Positions 32,466 through 41,220 of a stretch of 64,000 nt of DNA are shown here, piece after piece. A model generated the notes under the pieces. It was not told the origin of the DNA and made no database searches. It saw only the letters and a list, made by a program, of their open reading frames with translations. The stretch lies in contig DAHVQG010000001.1 in NCBI GenBank assembly GCA_027317865.1, forward strand, positions 192,001 to 256,000, written 5' to 3'. The position numbers and the translations under genes were made by a program. Each line of letters opens with the position of its first letter. The stretch's first letter is position 1. The DNA comes from Bdellovibrionales bacterium (GTDB lineage: Bacteria > Bdellovibrionota > Bdellovibrionia > Bdellovibrionales > UBA1609).

Positions 32466-33206
32466 ATGAGAAGAATCGTAACCTCCTTATTTTTGTGGTT
32501 GGGCGCCGTTTTCTTGCTGAATTCTTTAACTTCAACTGCATTTGCTCGCGGCCAATACGCGGGCCGAAGGGGCATAACGTCGTCCAATAGAATTTGGCTG
32601 GATGGCGGGTTAGACTTCGGAGTTTGGATGAAAAACCCGGGCGTGGTTCATACGCTCGAAAATATCCCGGGTCTTGTGCATCACCATCGAGTGCGACTCA
32701 TCGAGGGGTGGAAAATGGGTATGGAGCTGGCGAAGCTACACCCCAATCTTGAGGCGATGTATGCTAAAAGATTTGGTACTGTCGAAAAAAAACTCGAGGA
32801 CGATACAGCAACGGCCTACGATCATTTATTACCGAAAAATGAAGTTGCCAAAGGGCTTGAGAAAAATCATGTGCAGGTGAATGAAAATTATGTCGGCTAT
32901 TTGCCTCGCACCACTTACCTTTTAAAGGACCCGTACATTTATGACGGCGTTTTGACGTTCACGGTTTCGAGCGTTTGCGTGAAAGGTTCGCAATTTGTGC
33001 CGACTAACCCTTATCTCGCGCCAAACGTTCTCGGCATCCCACCATGCCAGGGCGGCAAAGTTTACTCAGTATATAAAATTGCGCACGTTCATTACGACCC
33101 GTATTGCGTTGATGCTTACGGTTATCGAACTTATTGTACATCACCGGATGAACTAAAAAAGCCAATCTGGATCGATACTATTTATACAGGCGCCGAATCC
33201 GACTGA
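32466..33206 (+). CDS. secreted hypothetical protein
   Basis: Signal peptide ending AFA; 4 Cys in the C-terminal half. Confidence 0.7.
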   Translation: MRRIVTSLFLWLGAVFLLNSLTSTAFARGQYAGRRGITSSNRIWLDGGLDFGVWMKNPGVVHTLENIPGLVHHHRVRLIEGWKMGMELAKLHPNLEAMYAKRFGTVEKKLEDDTATAYDHLLPKNEVAKGLEKNHVQVNENYVGYLPRTTYLLKDPYIYDGVLTFTVSSVCVKGSQFVPTNPYLAPNVLGIPPCQGGKVYSVYKIAHVHYDPYCVDAYGYRTYCTSPDELKKPIWIDTIYTGAESD

Positions 33207-33239
33207 ATTCGACCCACCACAACTGACCGCCAACTTGCG

Positions 33240-33548
33240 CTACTTTACCATCTCTTTAAGTTCGCCGGACTGGTACATCTCCATCATGATATCGCTGCCG
33301 CCTACCAATTCTTTATTTACGTACAGTTGCGGAATGGTCGGCCAGTTACCGAATTCTTTTATCCCCTGACGAATTTCTTCGTCGTCGAGCACGTTAACGC
33401 TTTGAAATTGTGCGCCGAGTTCTTGCAGTATGGCGACCGCTCGAGCTGAAAATCCGCACTGCGGAAAGGCCGGCGTACCTTTCATAAATAATACAATGTG
33501 GTTTGCGGATAAGATCGACTCAATTTTTGATTTTGTGCTGACTTCCAT
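33240..33548 (-). CDS. grxD: monothiol glutaredoxin (Grx4)
   Basis: MKGTP..PQCGFS, WPTIPQLY, GGSDI. Confidence 0.96.
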   Translation of the reverse strand: MEVSTKSKIESILSANHIVLFMKGTPAFPQCGFSARAVAILQELGAQFQSVNVLDDEEIRQGIKEFGNWPTIPQLYVNKELVGGSDIMMEMYQSGELKEMVK

Positions 33549-33571
33549 TTTTAAATTCTCCCATGTAAAGT

Positions 33572-33590
33572 CTTGAGTTTTCGACTCAAG
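33572..33590. repeat. 7-bp hairpin near the IS end
   Basis: Minus strand CTTGAGT-CGAAA-ACTCAAG. Confidence 0.7.
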
Positions 33591-33604
33591 GTAAATTGTT
33601 AAAA

Positions 33605-33760
33605 AATAACAGATGACTATTAACCTCCCATTCGAGGTCTTCGTCTTTCGACTGAAGCCCCACCATTCCGGTTCAATAACAAGCGGCCCAATCTCCTTAA
33701 GCGGTCATAGTGACCAGATTTTAATTGCGGGCTTACCTGCTAAACTTGACCATCTGTGTG
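33605..33760 (-). ncRNA. putative IS110 bridge/seek guide RNA
   Basis: Closing stem ACAGATG/CATCTGT; two internal-loop hairpins whose loops match the target and donor sites; GAAA tetraloop. Confidence 0.78.
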
Positions 33761-33800
33761 AACTTCAATCTTTTTCTGTTCTTCATTCCTTTCAAAAAAA

Positions 33801-34829
33801 CTATGCTGCTTTTAATAGCGAGGGCTTATATACGCTCTCGCTCTTCCAAACAGCATAAACTACAGTCAGAAGTTTACGGCTAAGCGCGATTAACGCTCGC
33901 TTTTTGCCGCGTCTTCGTTCAATTCGATTAAAAAATTCTTGCAGCGGCCGCGCCGACGCTGTCTTCATTCGCACCACAGCATGGGCGCATTGTATGAGTG
34001 CTCGCCGCATCTCTTTGCGGCCGGCCCTGGTTACTGAGCCCATTCGACATTCGTCGCCACTTTGGTAAATCGTTGGCGTCAATGCACCGTAATTTGCAAC
34101 GGCTTTGCTATTTTCAAAACGATCCGCGTCAGCAATGGCACCAAAAAGTATTCGTGACGTCAGCTTGCCAATTCCTGGGATGGTCTCTATCCGCTCAATC
34201 ACCACGTCTTCAATCGTCATGATTTCGTTGGCAATTGATTTTTCGCTCTCAACCAGACATTCAATTGCGTGCATAAAGCCGGCAACAATGGCTTCAGTTG
34301 AAGACGATAATTTCATTTCGCAAAGTTGTACCTGCCAATCGTTGGCTTTAAAAAATGCCAACGGCAATTTTTGACCTTCTTGGCGCAAAAATCCACGAAG
34401 CGAGTTCATAAGCGATACACGCTTTCGAAGTAACGTCTCTCGCGCATTTGTAAGTTCGCGTAAAGTTCTCGTTTTACCTTCAGCCATGTGAACTTTGCGC
34501 GGCAACATATCGGCACGCGCGAGCTCTGCCAGTTTCTTGGCGTCAACTTGATCCGTCTTTTTACCACCGCTTTCGGCAATCCATTTCACTTCGTTAGGGT
34601 GAACGATATGAATGTCTTCACCAAGCTTTTTGAAATAATCGGCAATCCACTTCATTTGATTCCCAGCCTCGAATACAAAAAGCTTCGATTCGATGCCAAA
34701 AATGGCGATTAGGTCGCGAATGCCCTTCTTCGTCGGACTAACTGAACCTTTAAATAAAACTTTTTTCTTGTCGTTAAGCGCGTGAACGACAAAATCCTTG
34801 CCTGAGATATCCATTCCTACGTAAATCAT
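33801..34829 (-). CDS. IS110-family DEDD recombinase/transposase
   Basis: YVGMD, FEAG, KTDQVDA (DEDD RuvC-like); TIPGIG, ALTP..YQSG (Tnp Ser), ALSRKL; ATG 34829. Confidence 0.96.
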   Translation of the reverse strand: MIYVGMDISGKDFVVHALNDKKKVLFKGSVSPTKKGIRDLIAIFGIESKLFVFEAGNQMKWIADYFKKLGEDIHIVHPNEVKWIAESGGKKTDQVDAKKLAELARADMLPRKVHMAEGKTRTLRELTNARETLLRKRVSLMNSLRGFLRQEGQKLPLAFFKANDWQVQLCEMKLSSSTEAIVAGFMHAIECLVESEKSIANEIMTIEDVVIERIETIPGIGKLTSRILFGAIADADRFENSKAVANYGALTPTIYQSGDECRMGSVTRAGRKEMRRALIQCAHAVVRMKTASARPLQEFFNRIERRRGKKRALIALSRKLLTVVYAVWKSESVYKPSLLKAA

Positions 34830-35032
34830 TTTTGACCCCTTTGGTTTGTTGTTGGTAAACAACCAAGAGTCGAAAACGCGACTTAACGTCAACTTTAGAC
34901 TCACGGGGTCTTTTCTTTTTTCAGAGCTGGCCGATCGAAAATCGGCAGCAAAAAGACTTTGCGTCACTTTGCACCACCTTTCTTCGTCTCATAGCTCATG
35001 GAATCTCCTTTAGAATCGTTAATTCGATTTAT

Positions 35033-35263
35033 TTATTTTTTCAACAGGGTTTTAATTTGTAGCGCATGAACTTCGCCGGATTTGAATTCTGAAGAAAATA
35101 AATCCATTATCATCTTGTGCTGTTCGATTCGCGTTTTGTTTAGAAATGAACGCGATGAAACACGCACGTCAAAATGATCATTCGTCCCGGTTGTGTCGAT
35201 CACGGCCACGTCGCAATCGGCCAATGCGGTTTTGATTCGTTTTTCAATTTGTTCAGCCGTCAT
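35033..35263 (-). CDS. BolA/IbaG-family protein
   Basis: DHFDV.VSS..F..KTRIEQHKMI..VHALQIKT; usual partner of grxD. Confidence 0.93.
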   Translation of the reverse strand: MTAEQIEKRIKTALADCDVAVIDTTGTNDHFDVRVSSRSFLNKTRIEQHKMIMDLFSSEFKSGEVHALQIKTLLKK

Positions 35264-35331
35264 GACTGACCCATATAGCATGCGGGTGAGGTCTATACAG
35301 TTTTGACAAATTGTGTTATGTTGATAAATCC

Positions 35332-35664
35332 ATGCACGAACCGTTAACTGATCCCCAAATTTTGTACTTTTCACCCGCTGACGAAACGCACGTCAGGCGA
35401 GAAAAGGCGCGCGCGCGTGAACTGCGGCAGTCGCAGTGGTGGCGTAACCAAATCGGCCGGGGAGTTTGCCACTACTGTGGAAATAAGTTCGAAAAGGCGC
35501 AATTGACGATGGATCACGTCGTGCCGATTGTTCGCGGCGGCCGTTCGACAAAAGCAAATGTCGTGGTGGCTTGCAAAGAATGTAATTCGCATAAAAAATA
35601 TTGGACTCCAGTGGAACTGGAGCTCATGTCGCGGAACTCCGTCTTGGAGACGGAGAAAAATTAA
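35332..35664 (+). CDS. stand-alone HNH endonuclease
   Basis: CHYC..LTMDHVVP..RGG..N.V.ACKECN..K. Confidence 0.92.
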   Translation: MHEPLTDPQILYFSPADETHVRREKARARELRQSQWWRNQIGRGVCHYCGNKFEKAQLTMDHVVPIVRGGRSTKANVVVACKECNSHKKYWTPVELELMSRNSVLETEKN

Positions 35665-35720
35665 TTGCGTTTTCAGCCACCATAGTCGTACCGTAATGAT
35701 CACAGTCTCAAGGAACAGCA

Positions 35721-37430
35721 ATGACAACAAAGCTAACTCAACATAGTACGGCGGAGTATTTCGCAAAAAATCTTCAACAGGTGGGTTTTTCGTCACCGGT
35801 CAAGGCGGTTTTAACGACGCTGAAAGAAGCCGTCGATAATTCGCTTGATGCTTGCGAAGACGCGGCTATCTTGCCCGAGCTTGAAGTAATTATTCGCAAA
35901 ATCGGTCAAGGCTCGGCTCGGAATACCGAGCTTGTTGAAGTCATTGTTGATGATAACGGTCCCGGCATTGATGCGGACGATCTGCCTAGCGTATTCGGCG
36001 AATATTTGTCGTCTTCAAAATTCGGCCGAGGGCGTTGTTCGCGCGGTCAGCAAGGTATTGGGATTTCAGCCGCTACAACCTGGGCCCAGCTCACTAATGC
36101 CGCAGGCGTTCGCGTGATCAGCAAAACAAAAAACATGCGAAAGGCGATAAAAGAGCAAATCGACGTCGATATTAAAGCCAACAAAGGGCTTGTGAAAAAT
36201 AAAGAGACCATTGATTGGGATCGTCCGCATGGGACACGTGTAGAGTTTCGAATCGATGGTCGCGTACAACTTAACGGCGATGGCGGGCTTTTGACTTATC
36301 TCGAAGGCACAACCCTTGTGAACCCGCATATGACGTTAAAATATAAACTTCTTGATAATGATCCTGTTGAAGTGATTCGTGTGAGTAATGCGGTGCCTGA
36401 AGTTCCGCCGCCCACGCTCCCGCATCCGCACACGATGAAACTCGGTGAGTTTATGACTCACGCCCACCTTTACGGTAAAGTGACGCTCGATAATTTTTTA
36501 CGCAAGGGCTTTTCGCGAGTTGCCGATGAAGCGATCAAGGGTTTCGTCAAAAACGGTTTGCCGAAATCATTTTTAAGTAAACCTGTAACGGGTTTGTCAG
36601 AAGCCGATTATAAAACCGCGTTTCAGGCTATTCAGGCAAGCGAGTTGCAGAATCCGTCGACTCGATCGGTAATGATTGTCGGTGAAGAAGCGCTGTCTAA
36701 GAGTATTCAACGTTTGGGCGAAATTGATTTCTTTTCAGTGGTGACCCGCAAACCGCGAATTTGTGACTACAAGCCCGTCGCAGTCGAAGTGGCGATTGCG
36801 CGATTTGTAAAGAAAGTAAATTTGGGGGACGAAACCGATCCTATTCAGCTTTTGCGATTTGCCAATCGTGTGCCTTTGCAGTTCGACAAAGCCGCCTGCG
36901 CCATAACCCAAGCAGTTGAATCGGTGAATTGGCGCGCTTACGGTCTTCAACAGTCAAAGAGTAATTTGCCTTTGGGGCCATACGTTTTTGCGATCAGCGT
37001 TGTCTCACCCTTTATAAAATTCAAAAACGCTTCAAAAGAAACCATCGACGCAAGCGATGAGTTGGTTGAAGAAATTCGCCGCGCGCTCATGCAGGCGGGG
37101 CAAAAATTATCGCGTCACATTAAACGCGAGGTGCGCGCCGCCGACCTGGAACGCAAGCTTCAGCACATTGAAAAATTCGGTCCCATTTTGGTGGAGGCAC
37201 TCGGTAAAATCGTGAACGCACCCAAAGCGAGAATCAAGCGGGCCGAAGAGGGCCTTGCGAAGCTCTTGGGACGCGACGGACGTGAAGCCGAAAAAGAATT
37301 GGCCGAAGCCGAAACCCAATTAGAAAAAGTGAAAGCCAAGCAAGAAGCAGTCGTCAGAGAAGGGGCCAGCGGATCTACTGACGAGACCAAAGAACCACTT
37401 AAAGCGAATCAATCCGAAACGAAAGAGTGA
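35721..37430 (+). CDS. top6B: DNA topoisomerase VI subunit B
   Basis: GHKL motifs EAVDNSLDA, DDNGPG, SRGQQGIG; RFANRVPL transducer. Confidence 0.95.
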   Translation: MTTKLTQHSTAEYFAKNLQQVGFSSPVKAVLTTLKEAVDNSLDACEDAAILPELEVIIRKIGQGSARNTELVEVIVDDNGPGIDADDLPSVFGEYLSSSKFGRGRCSRGQQGIGISAATTWAQLTNAAGVRVISKTKNMRKAIKEQIDVDIKANKGLVKNKETIDWDRPHGTRVEFRIDGRVQLNGDGGLLTYLEGTTLVNPHMTLKYKLLDNDPVEVIRVSNAVPEVPPPTLPHPHTMKLGEFMTHAHLYGKVTLDNFLRKGFSRVADEAIKGFVKNGLPKSFLSKPVTGLSEADYKTAFQAIQASELQNPSTRSVMIVGEEALSKSIQRLGEIDFFSVVTRKPRICDYKPVAVEVAIARFVKKVNLGDETDPIQLLRFANRVPLQFDKAACAITQAVESVNWRAYGLQQSKSNLPLGPYVFAISVVSPFIKFKNASKETIDASDELVEEIRRALMQAGQKLSRHIKREVRAADLERKLQHIEKFGPILVEALGKIVNAPKARIKRAEEGLAKLLGRDGREAEKELAEAETQLEKVKAKQEAVVREGASGSTDETKEPLKANQSETKE

Positions 37431-38599
37431 TATTTATGGCGGCACCAGAAACTCTGCGAAAATCCAGTAAAGATATTCCGAAGATCGCAAACAAAATTTG
37501 CGACGATATGCTGAAGGATCTTGAGCATGCCAAACGCCCGCTGCTCGAAGCCGTCAAGTGCTCGCTGGATAACAGCTTTTACGATCCCAAAGTTGGCTAT
37601 CTCACGCCAGGTAAAAAGAAAGTTGCGACTGAACTCAACGTTTCGTCCGTACAAAAAATGGCTCGCACCGTATTTTTTCTCGATATTTTACTCAACAATA
37701 TCAGAACCGGGGGCGTGAACACCAAGCGCGAACTTTATTATATGGCAAAGGGCTTAATTAAATCCGACTCGCACCTCAAGCCGCTTGATTTCGACGATCA
37801 ACCCGAAAGTGACGCGATAATCGAATTCATTTGCGATATGCTCATGGTCTATCGCGAAGAGATGAACTGTTTTGCTAACGATCGCGGCGGTCAAACTTAC
37901 TCGAAACAACTTGTCGTGACGGAACACTTGCCAGACGGCACACGGGCTGAAGTTGATTTGGGTTCTTTGGGTACAACGCCCTTTCAGCCTAAAAACAAAC
38001 CGCAAGTGTTTAAGCTTAAAACTAAAGGCAAAATTGATTTTTGTTTGATTATTGAATCTGAAGGTACGGCGAATACGCTTGTATCGAACGGATTTACAAA
38101 ACGATATAAATCAATTTTAGTTGGTGCCCAGGGCGTGCCCAGTAACGGCGTGCGCGGTTGGGTGAGGACGATTCAAGATCAGCTTAAAATCCCGTGCTTT
38201 TTTTACGGCGATCTCGACGCGTATACGCTGCAAAATATTTTTAGAACACTCAAGGCGGGCTCGGCCGCGTCACTAATTCGTAACAGTGAGTTCAGTGCGC
38301 CTGACGTGCGGTTTTTAGGTGTGCTCCCAGAGGATGTCAAAAAATACGACCTTCACTGTTACCCTGTTTCTGAGAAAAATCCGGCTGAAGCACGTTCGCT
38401 TAAAAAAGCGCGCGACGTTTTGCAAAATGATCCGTTTTTTCAAGATAGGCGTAATAAAAAATTGGCCGACATTTTGAACTGGCTCCTTAAAAATAAAGTG
38501 CGTTGCGAGCAACAGGCGATTTTTTCGGTTAACCCGAAAGATCCCACGATGCCCGAGAAAATCATCGTAGAAAAAATTAAACGCGGCTCGTTTGTCTAA
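37427..38599 (+). CDS. top6A: DNA topoisomerase VI subunit A (Spo11-like)
   Basis: KRELYY catalytic Tyr, QPESD, TOPRIM IIE..GVP..GDLD; overlaps top6B stop. Confidence 0.93.
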   Translation: MIFMAAPETLRKSSKDIPKIANKICDDMLKDLEHAKRPLLEAVKCSLDNSFYDPKVGYLTPGKKKVATELNVSSVQKMARTVFFLDILLNNIRTGGVNTKRELYYMAKGLIKSDSHLKPLDFDDQPESDAIIEFICDMLMVYREEMNCFANDRGGQTYSKQLVVTEHLPDGTRAEVDLGSLGTTPFQPKNKPQVFKLKTKGKIDFCLIIESEGTANTLVSNGFTKRYKSILVGAQGVPSNGVRGWVRTIQDQLKIPCFFYGDLDAYTLQNIFRTLKAGSAASLIRNSEFSAPDVRFLGVLPEDVKKYDLHCYPVSEKNPAEARSLKKARDVLQNDPFFQDRRNKKLADILNWLLKNKVRCEQQAIFSVNPKDPTMPEKIIVEKIKRGSFV

Positions 38600-38626
38600 C
38601 GGTTATTTTTGTTTGCTGTTTGAATT

Positions 38627-39139
38627 TTAATTCCAAGGCGAAAAAACAGCTCTTAAACCAGACGGCGTATTAAGTGTAATAGAACCGCCGGCATCGGGCG
38701 GGGTGTAGAGCATCTCCGGCTGAAAAGTGAAATATTTATTGAGCTGGCCGCTACACTCGGTCGGCTGTATACCGATGTTCGTGATCGATACGGCGTTGTC
38801 CGTACCCCATTGGACTTGGGCTCCGTAATTGGCGGTCAAAATGCTGCCGTTGTAAGTGCATATGAAAGTTCCCGAAATTTCTGATTCACTCGTAAGCGTC
38901 AAGGTCTGATCACCCGCAGTAACCGAGCCGTCCCATTGAGGTGCATTATTAACATAAGTGAGTGTATAGGTTCGACCGATGTATAACTTCATAAGTGAGG
39001 ATTGGCCCTTAACAATGAGTTGCCCGGCGGTGTTTTTACCGCAGCTCGTAAGCGAAATGGCGAGCGTAACTAAAAAAAACGGCAAAAATAGTTTGAGTGC
39101 TGTGGATTTTTTTGTGAGCGTGGTGGCAGGGACTTTCAT
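38627..39139 (-). CDS. hypothetical lipoprotein
   Basis: Lipobox LTSC; GGAGG upstream. Confidence 0.7.
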   Translation of the reverse strand: MKVPATTLTKKSTALKLFLPFFLVTLAISLTSCGKNTAGQLIVKGQSSLMKLYIGRTYTLTYVNNAPQWDGSVTAGDQTLTLTSESEISGTFICTYNGSILTANYGAQVQWGTDNAVSITNIGIQPTECSGQLNKYFTFQPEMLYTPPDAGGSITLNTPSGLRAVFSPWN

Positions 39140-39248
39140 AAATTTGAACCTCCGTGTTCAATTTAACTGTAAAGATGAGTCTGACCGGTCGTCAACAGGG
39201 TAAATCTTGACGTCAATTTACTTGCTAAGCTTTGCGTAAATTGATTAT

Positions 39249-40196
39249 TTGCCTTCAATTATGTCAACTGTGTCAGGCCAAAAATGCGCCGTTGTGAATT
39301 TAATCGTTATAGGCGCGGCCATTTACGTGTCGATATTTTTCAGTTTTTCCGCTACGGCAATACCCATCACGAACCCCGTCACGACCAGTTTGAGCAATCA
39401 AGGTGAACAAGTCTTGTTGGCGCGCATTCAGCTACAAGCCTATCGAAATGAGTTAGAGAAAAATGGCATCAGTCAAAAAATGGGATTGGGTCGCGTTCTC
39501 GGGTCCGAAGAGCTAAGCCATTACAACGGCTATATTACTTATTTTGAACTGTCGTTACGAGAAATGGCGGTGAACACTTTAAATTTTGGCCGACTTCTTT
39601 TCACCAACAAAGAGACTAGACTTCTGCGTGAGTGGCGAGAGCAAATTGCGGAACTCGATCATACCCTTGCCGCATTGAATGTTGTTTATCGCCTCATGGC
39701 CGATCGTGGAGTCTCCGTTCAGGGCGCATTCGCAATTGTGAATTCCGAACCGCGTTTTCAACCTATCCGCTCGTGGTGCGATCAACTTGCACAGAGCGCA
39801 TGGGCGCTGGCGGTTATGAATCGTGAAAAGCTGCCAATGCGCCCTCTGCAACCCGGTGATTTTGGGTTAAATTTTACTACAAATTTTGTAAATGAAGATT
39901 GGCGAGCCCTATTGGCCGGGCAAGTCAGCATTGCCAACGTTTATATCTTTTGGCGTGGGGCTGAAATGGTCTCAATTTTTGGAAAATCTGGTTTAGGAAT
40001 TAAAATCGCGGAACACTTACGGCTCAGCAAGCTCATTGAGGGCATAAATTTGCTCCCCCCGGTTATGCAAAAACCAGCCCTTTGGATTCTTTACGAAACC
40101 GCTGACGGTTGTACAATCCGGTACTTTCAAACGGCTTATATTGGATTTCATGAAGCCAATTGGCAGAGCCTGAAACGGGTAACGACCCAATCGTAA
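39249..40196 (+). CDS. hypothetical protein with N-terminal signal/TM segment
   Basis: 315-aa ORF filling the gap; start uncertain. Confidence 0.6.
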   Translation: MPSIMSTVSGQKCAVVNLIVIGAAIYVSIFFSFSATAIPITNPVTTSLSNQGEQVLLARIQLQAYRNELEKNGISQKMGLGRVLGSEELSHYNGYITYFELSLREMAVNTLNFGRLLFTNKETRLLREWREQIAELDHTLAALNVVYRLMADRGVSVQGAFAIVNSEPRFQPIRSWCDQLAQSAWALAVMNREKLPMRPLQPGDFGLNFTTNFVNEDWRALLAGQVSIANVYIFWRGAEMVSIFGKSGLGIKIAEHLRLSKLIEGINLLPPVMQKPALWILYETADGCTIRYFQTAYIGFHEANWQSLKRVTTQS

Positions 40197-40302
40197 AAAA
40201 ATTATAAAAAATCGAAACGTACTGCGAAGCGATTGACCGCCGCTTTGGTAACTGGTGAGTTGTGCGTCAAGCGGGACATCCACATCCGTTCAGGGAGCTA
40301 CC

Positions 40303-41217
40303 ATGCGACGACCGACACACTCAATCGCTATTGGCGCAATCTTTTTTGAGACGATCTTTTGCGGGTTTTTAATTACCGGTCGAAACGGGTATGCGGCGAA
40401 TTCCGTGGTTGCACCCAGGGCCGCGAAACCAATTGCTGTTTTTACCGAGAAAATAGCGGACAAGCCGGTTTTTGACACGCTCACATATCCGGCGCAGATA
40501 GAATCGCGAGTGAACGCGATGATTCTCGCCGAATCGGACGGGGTCATAACAAAGATCCCGCATCCTTTGGGGGCAAAAATTCGTCGCGGTGAAATCGTCG
40601 CGATAATTCGTCACACGGATCCAATTTATCAGTATCAGCCGTTTATTGTGCGCGCGCCCGTTACCGGTGTTATTAACGAAGTTTATTTAACTAGAGGCGC
40701 GCTAGTGAAAAAAGGCGATAAACTTCTTTCAATCACAGCTCCCAACAAACTTCGTATTATGATCGACGTCGCGGCACAAGATGTTCCATTCATTCACTCC
40801 GGTCTTGTCGGTCAGTTGACAGTTTCCGATCAAAGTCAGTCACTTCCAGTAACGGTTGAAGGGATTAGCCCGTCGATAAATCCCATGCTGGGCACAGCCT
40901 CTTGCGAGCTTACTGCAAGCAAAGCGGTCGAGAAAAATTTGGAACCCGGGTTAGTTGGAGTCGTAACGTTCAAAGTGAATAAACGGAATGCATTTGTTGT
41001 TCCTCAAGACGCGGTGGTTTATGAAGGTAATCGTCCGTATATTCAACTAGTTTTAGCGAATGATATTGCGAAACGGATACCGGTGAAGCTCGGCGAGCTC
41101 AACGATGGTAAAATTGAAATTTTAAGCGGTCTCAAATCGGGTGAGCAAATTATCGATCGGTCGGCAGGTTTTGTGGCCGATGGCGCCCGCGTCAAAATCA
41201 TGAAGTCGACGGAGTAA
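40303..41217 (+). CDS. RND efflux periplasmic adaptor
   Basis: Lipoyl-like APVTGVI, VPQDAV, EILSGLKSGEQII; precedes an AcrB-like gene. Confidence 0.9.
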   Translation: MRRPTHSIAIGAIFFETIFCGFLITGRNGYAANSVVAPRAAKPIAVFTEKIADKPVFDTLTYPAQIESRVNAMILAESDGVITKIPHPLGAKIRRGEIVAIIRHTDPIYQYQPFIVRAPVTGVINEVYLTRGALVKKGDKLLSITAPNKLRIMIDVAAQDVPFIHSGLVGQLTVSDQSQSLPVTVEGISPSINPMLGTASCELTASKAVEKNLEPGLVGVVTFKVNKRNAFVVPQDAVVYEGNRPYIQLVLANDIAKRIPVKLGELNDGKIEILSGLKSGEQIIDRSAGFVADGARVKIMKSTE

Positions 41218-41220
41218 CCG

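Larger units (their letters stand above)
33560..35006 (-). mobile_element. IS110-family insertion sequence, 1447 bp
   Basis: TCTCC repeated at 33557-33561 and 35004-35008 (CT core at 33558-59 and 35005-06); removing the element restores the bolA-AAGGAG-grxD intergenic region. Confidence 0.88.

Noticed and set aside
33613-33858. 81-aa plus-strand ORF in the IS 3' end
   Set aside because: No recognisable motif; it is antisense to the structured RNA and transposase end, which explain the region better.
35332-35664. HNH nuclease as part of the IS or of a defence system
   Set aside because: Lies outside the IS boundaries, beyond bolA; no methylase, cas or phage genes adjacent.
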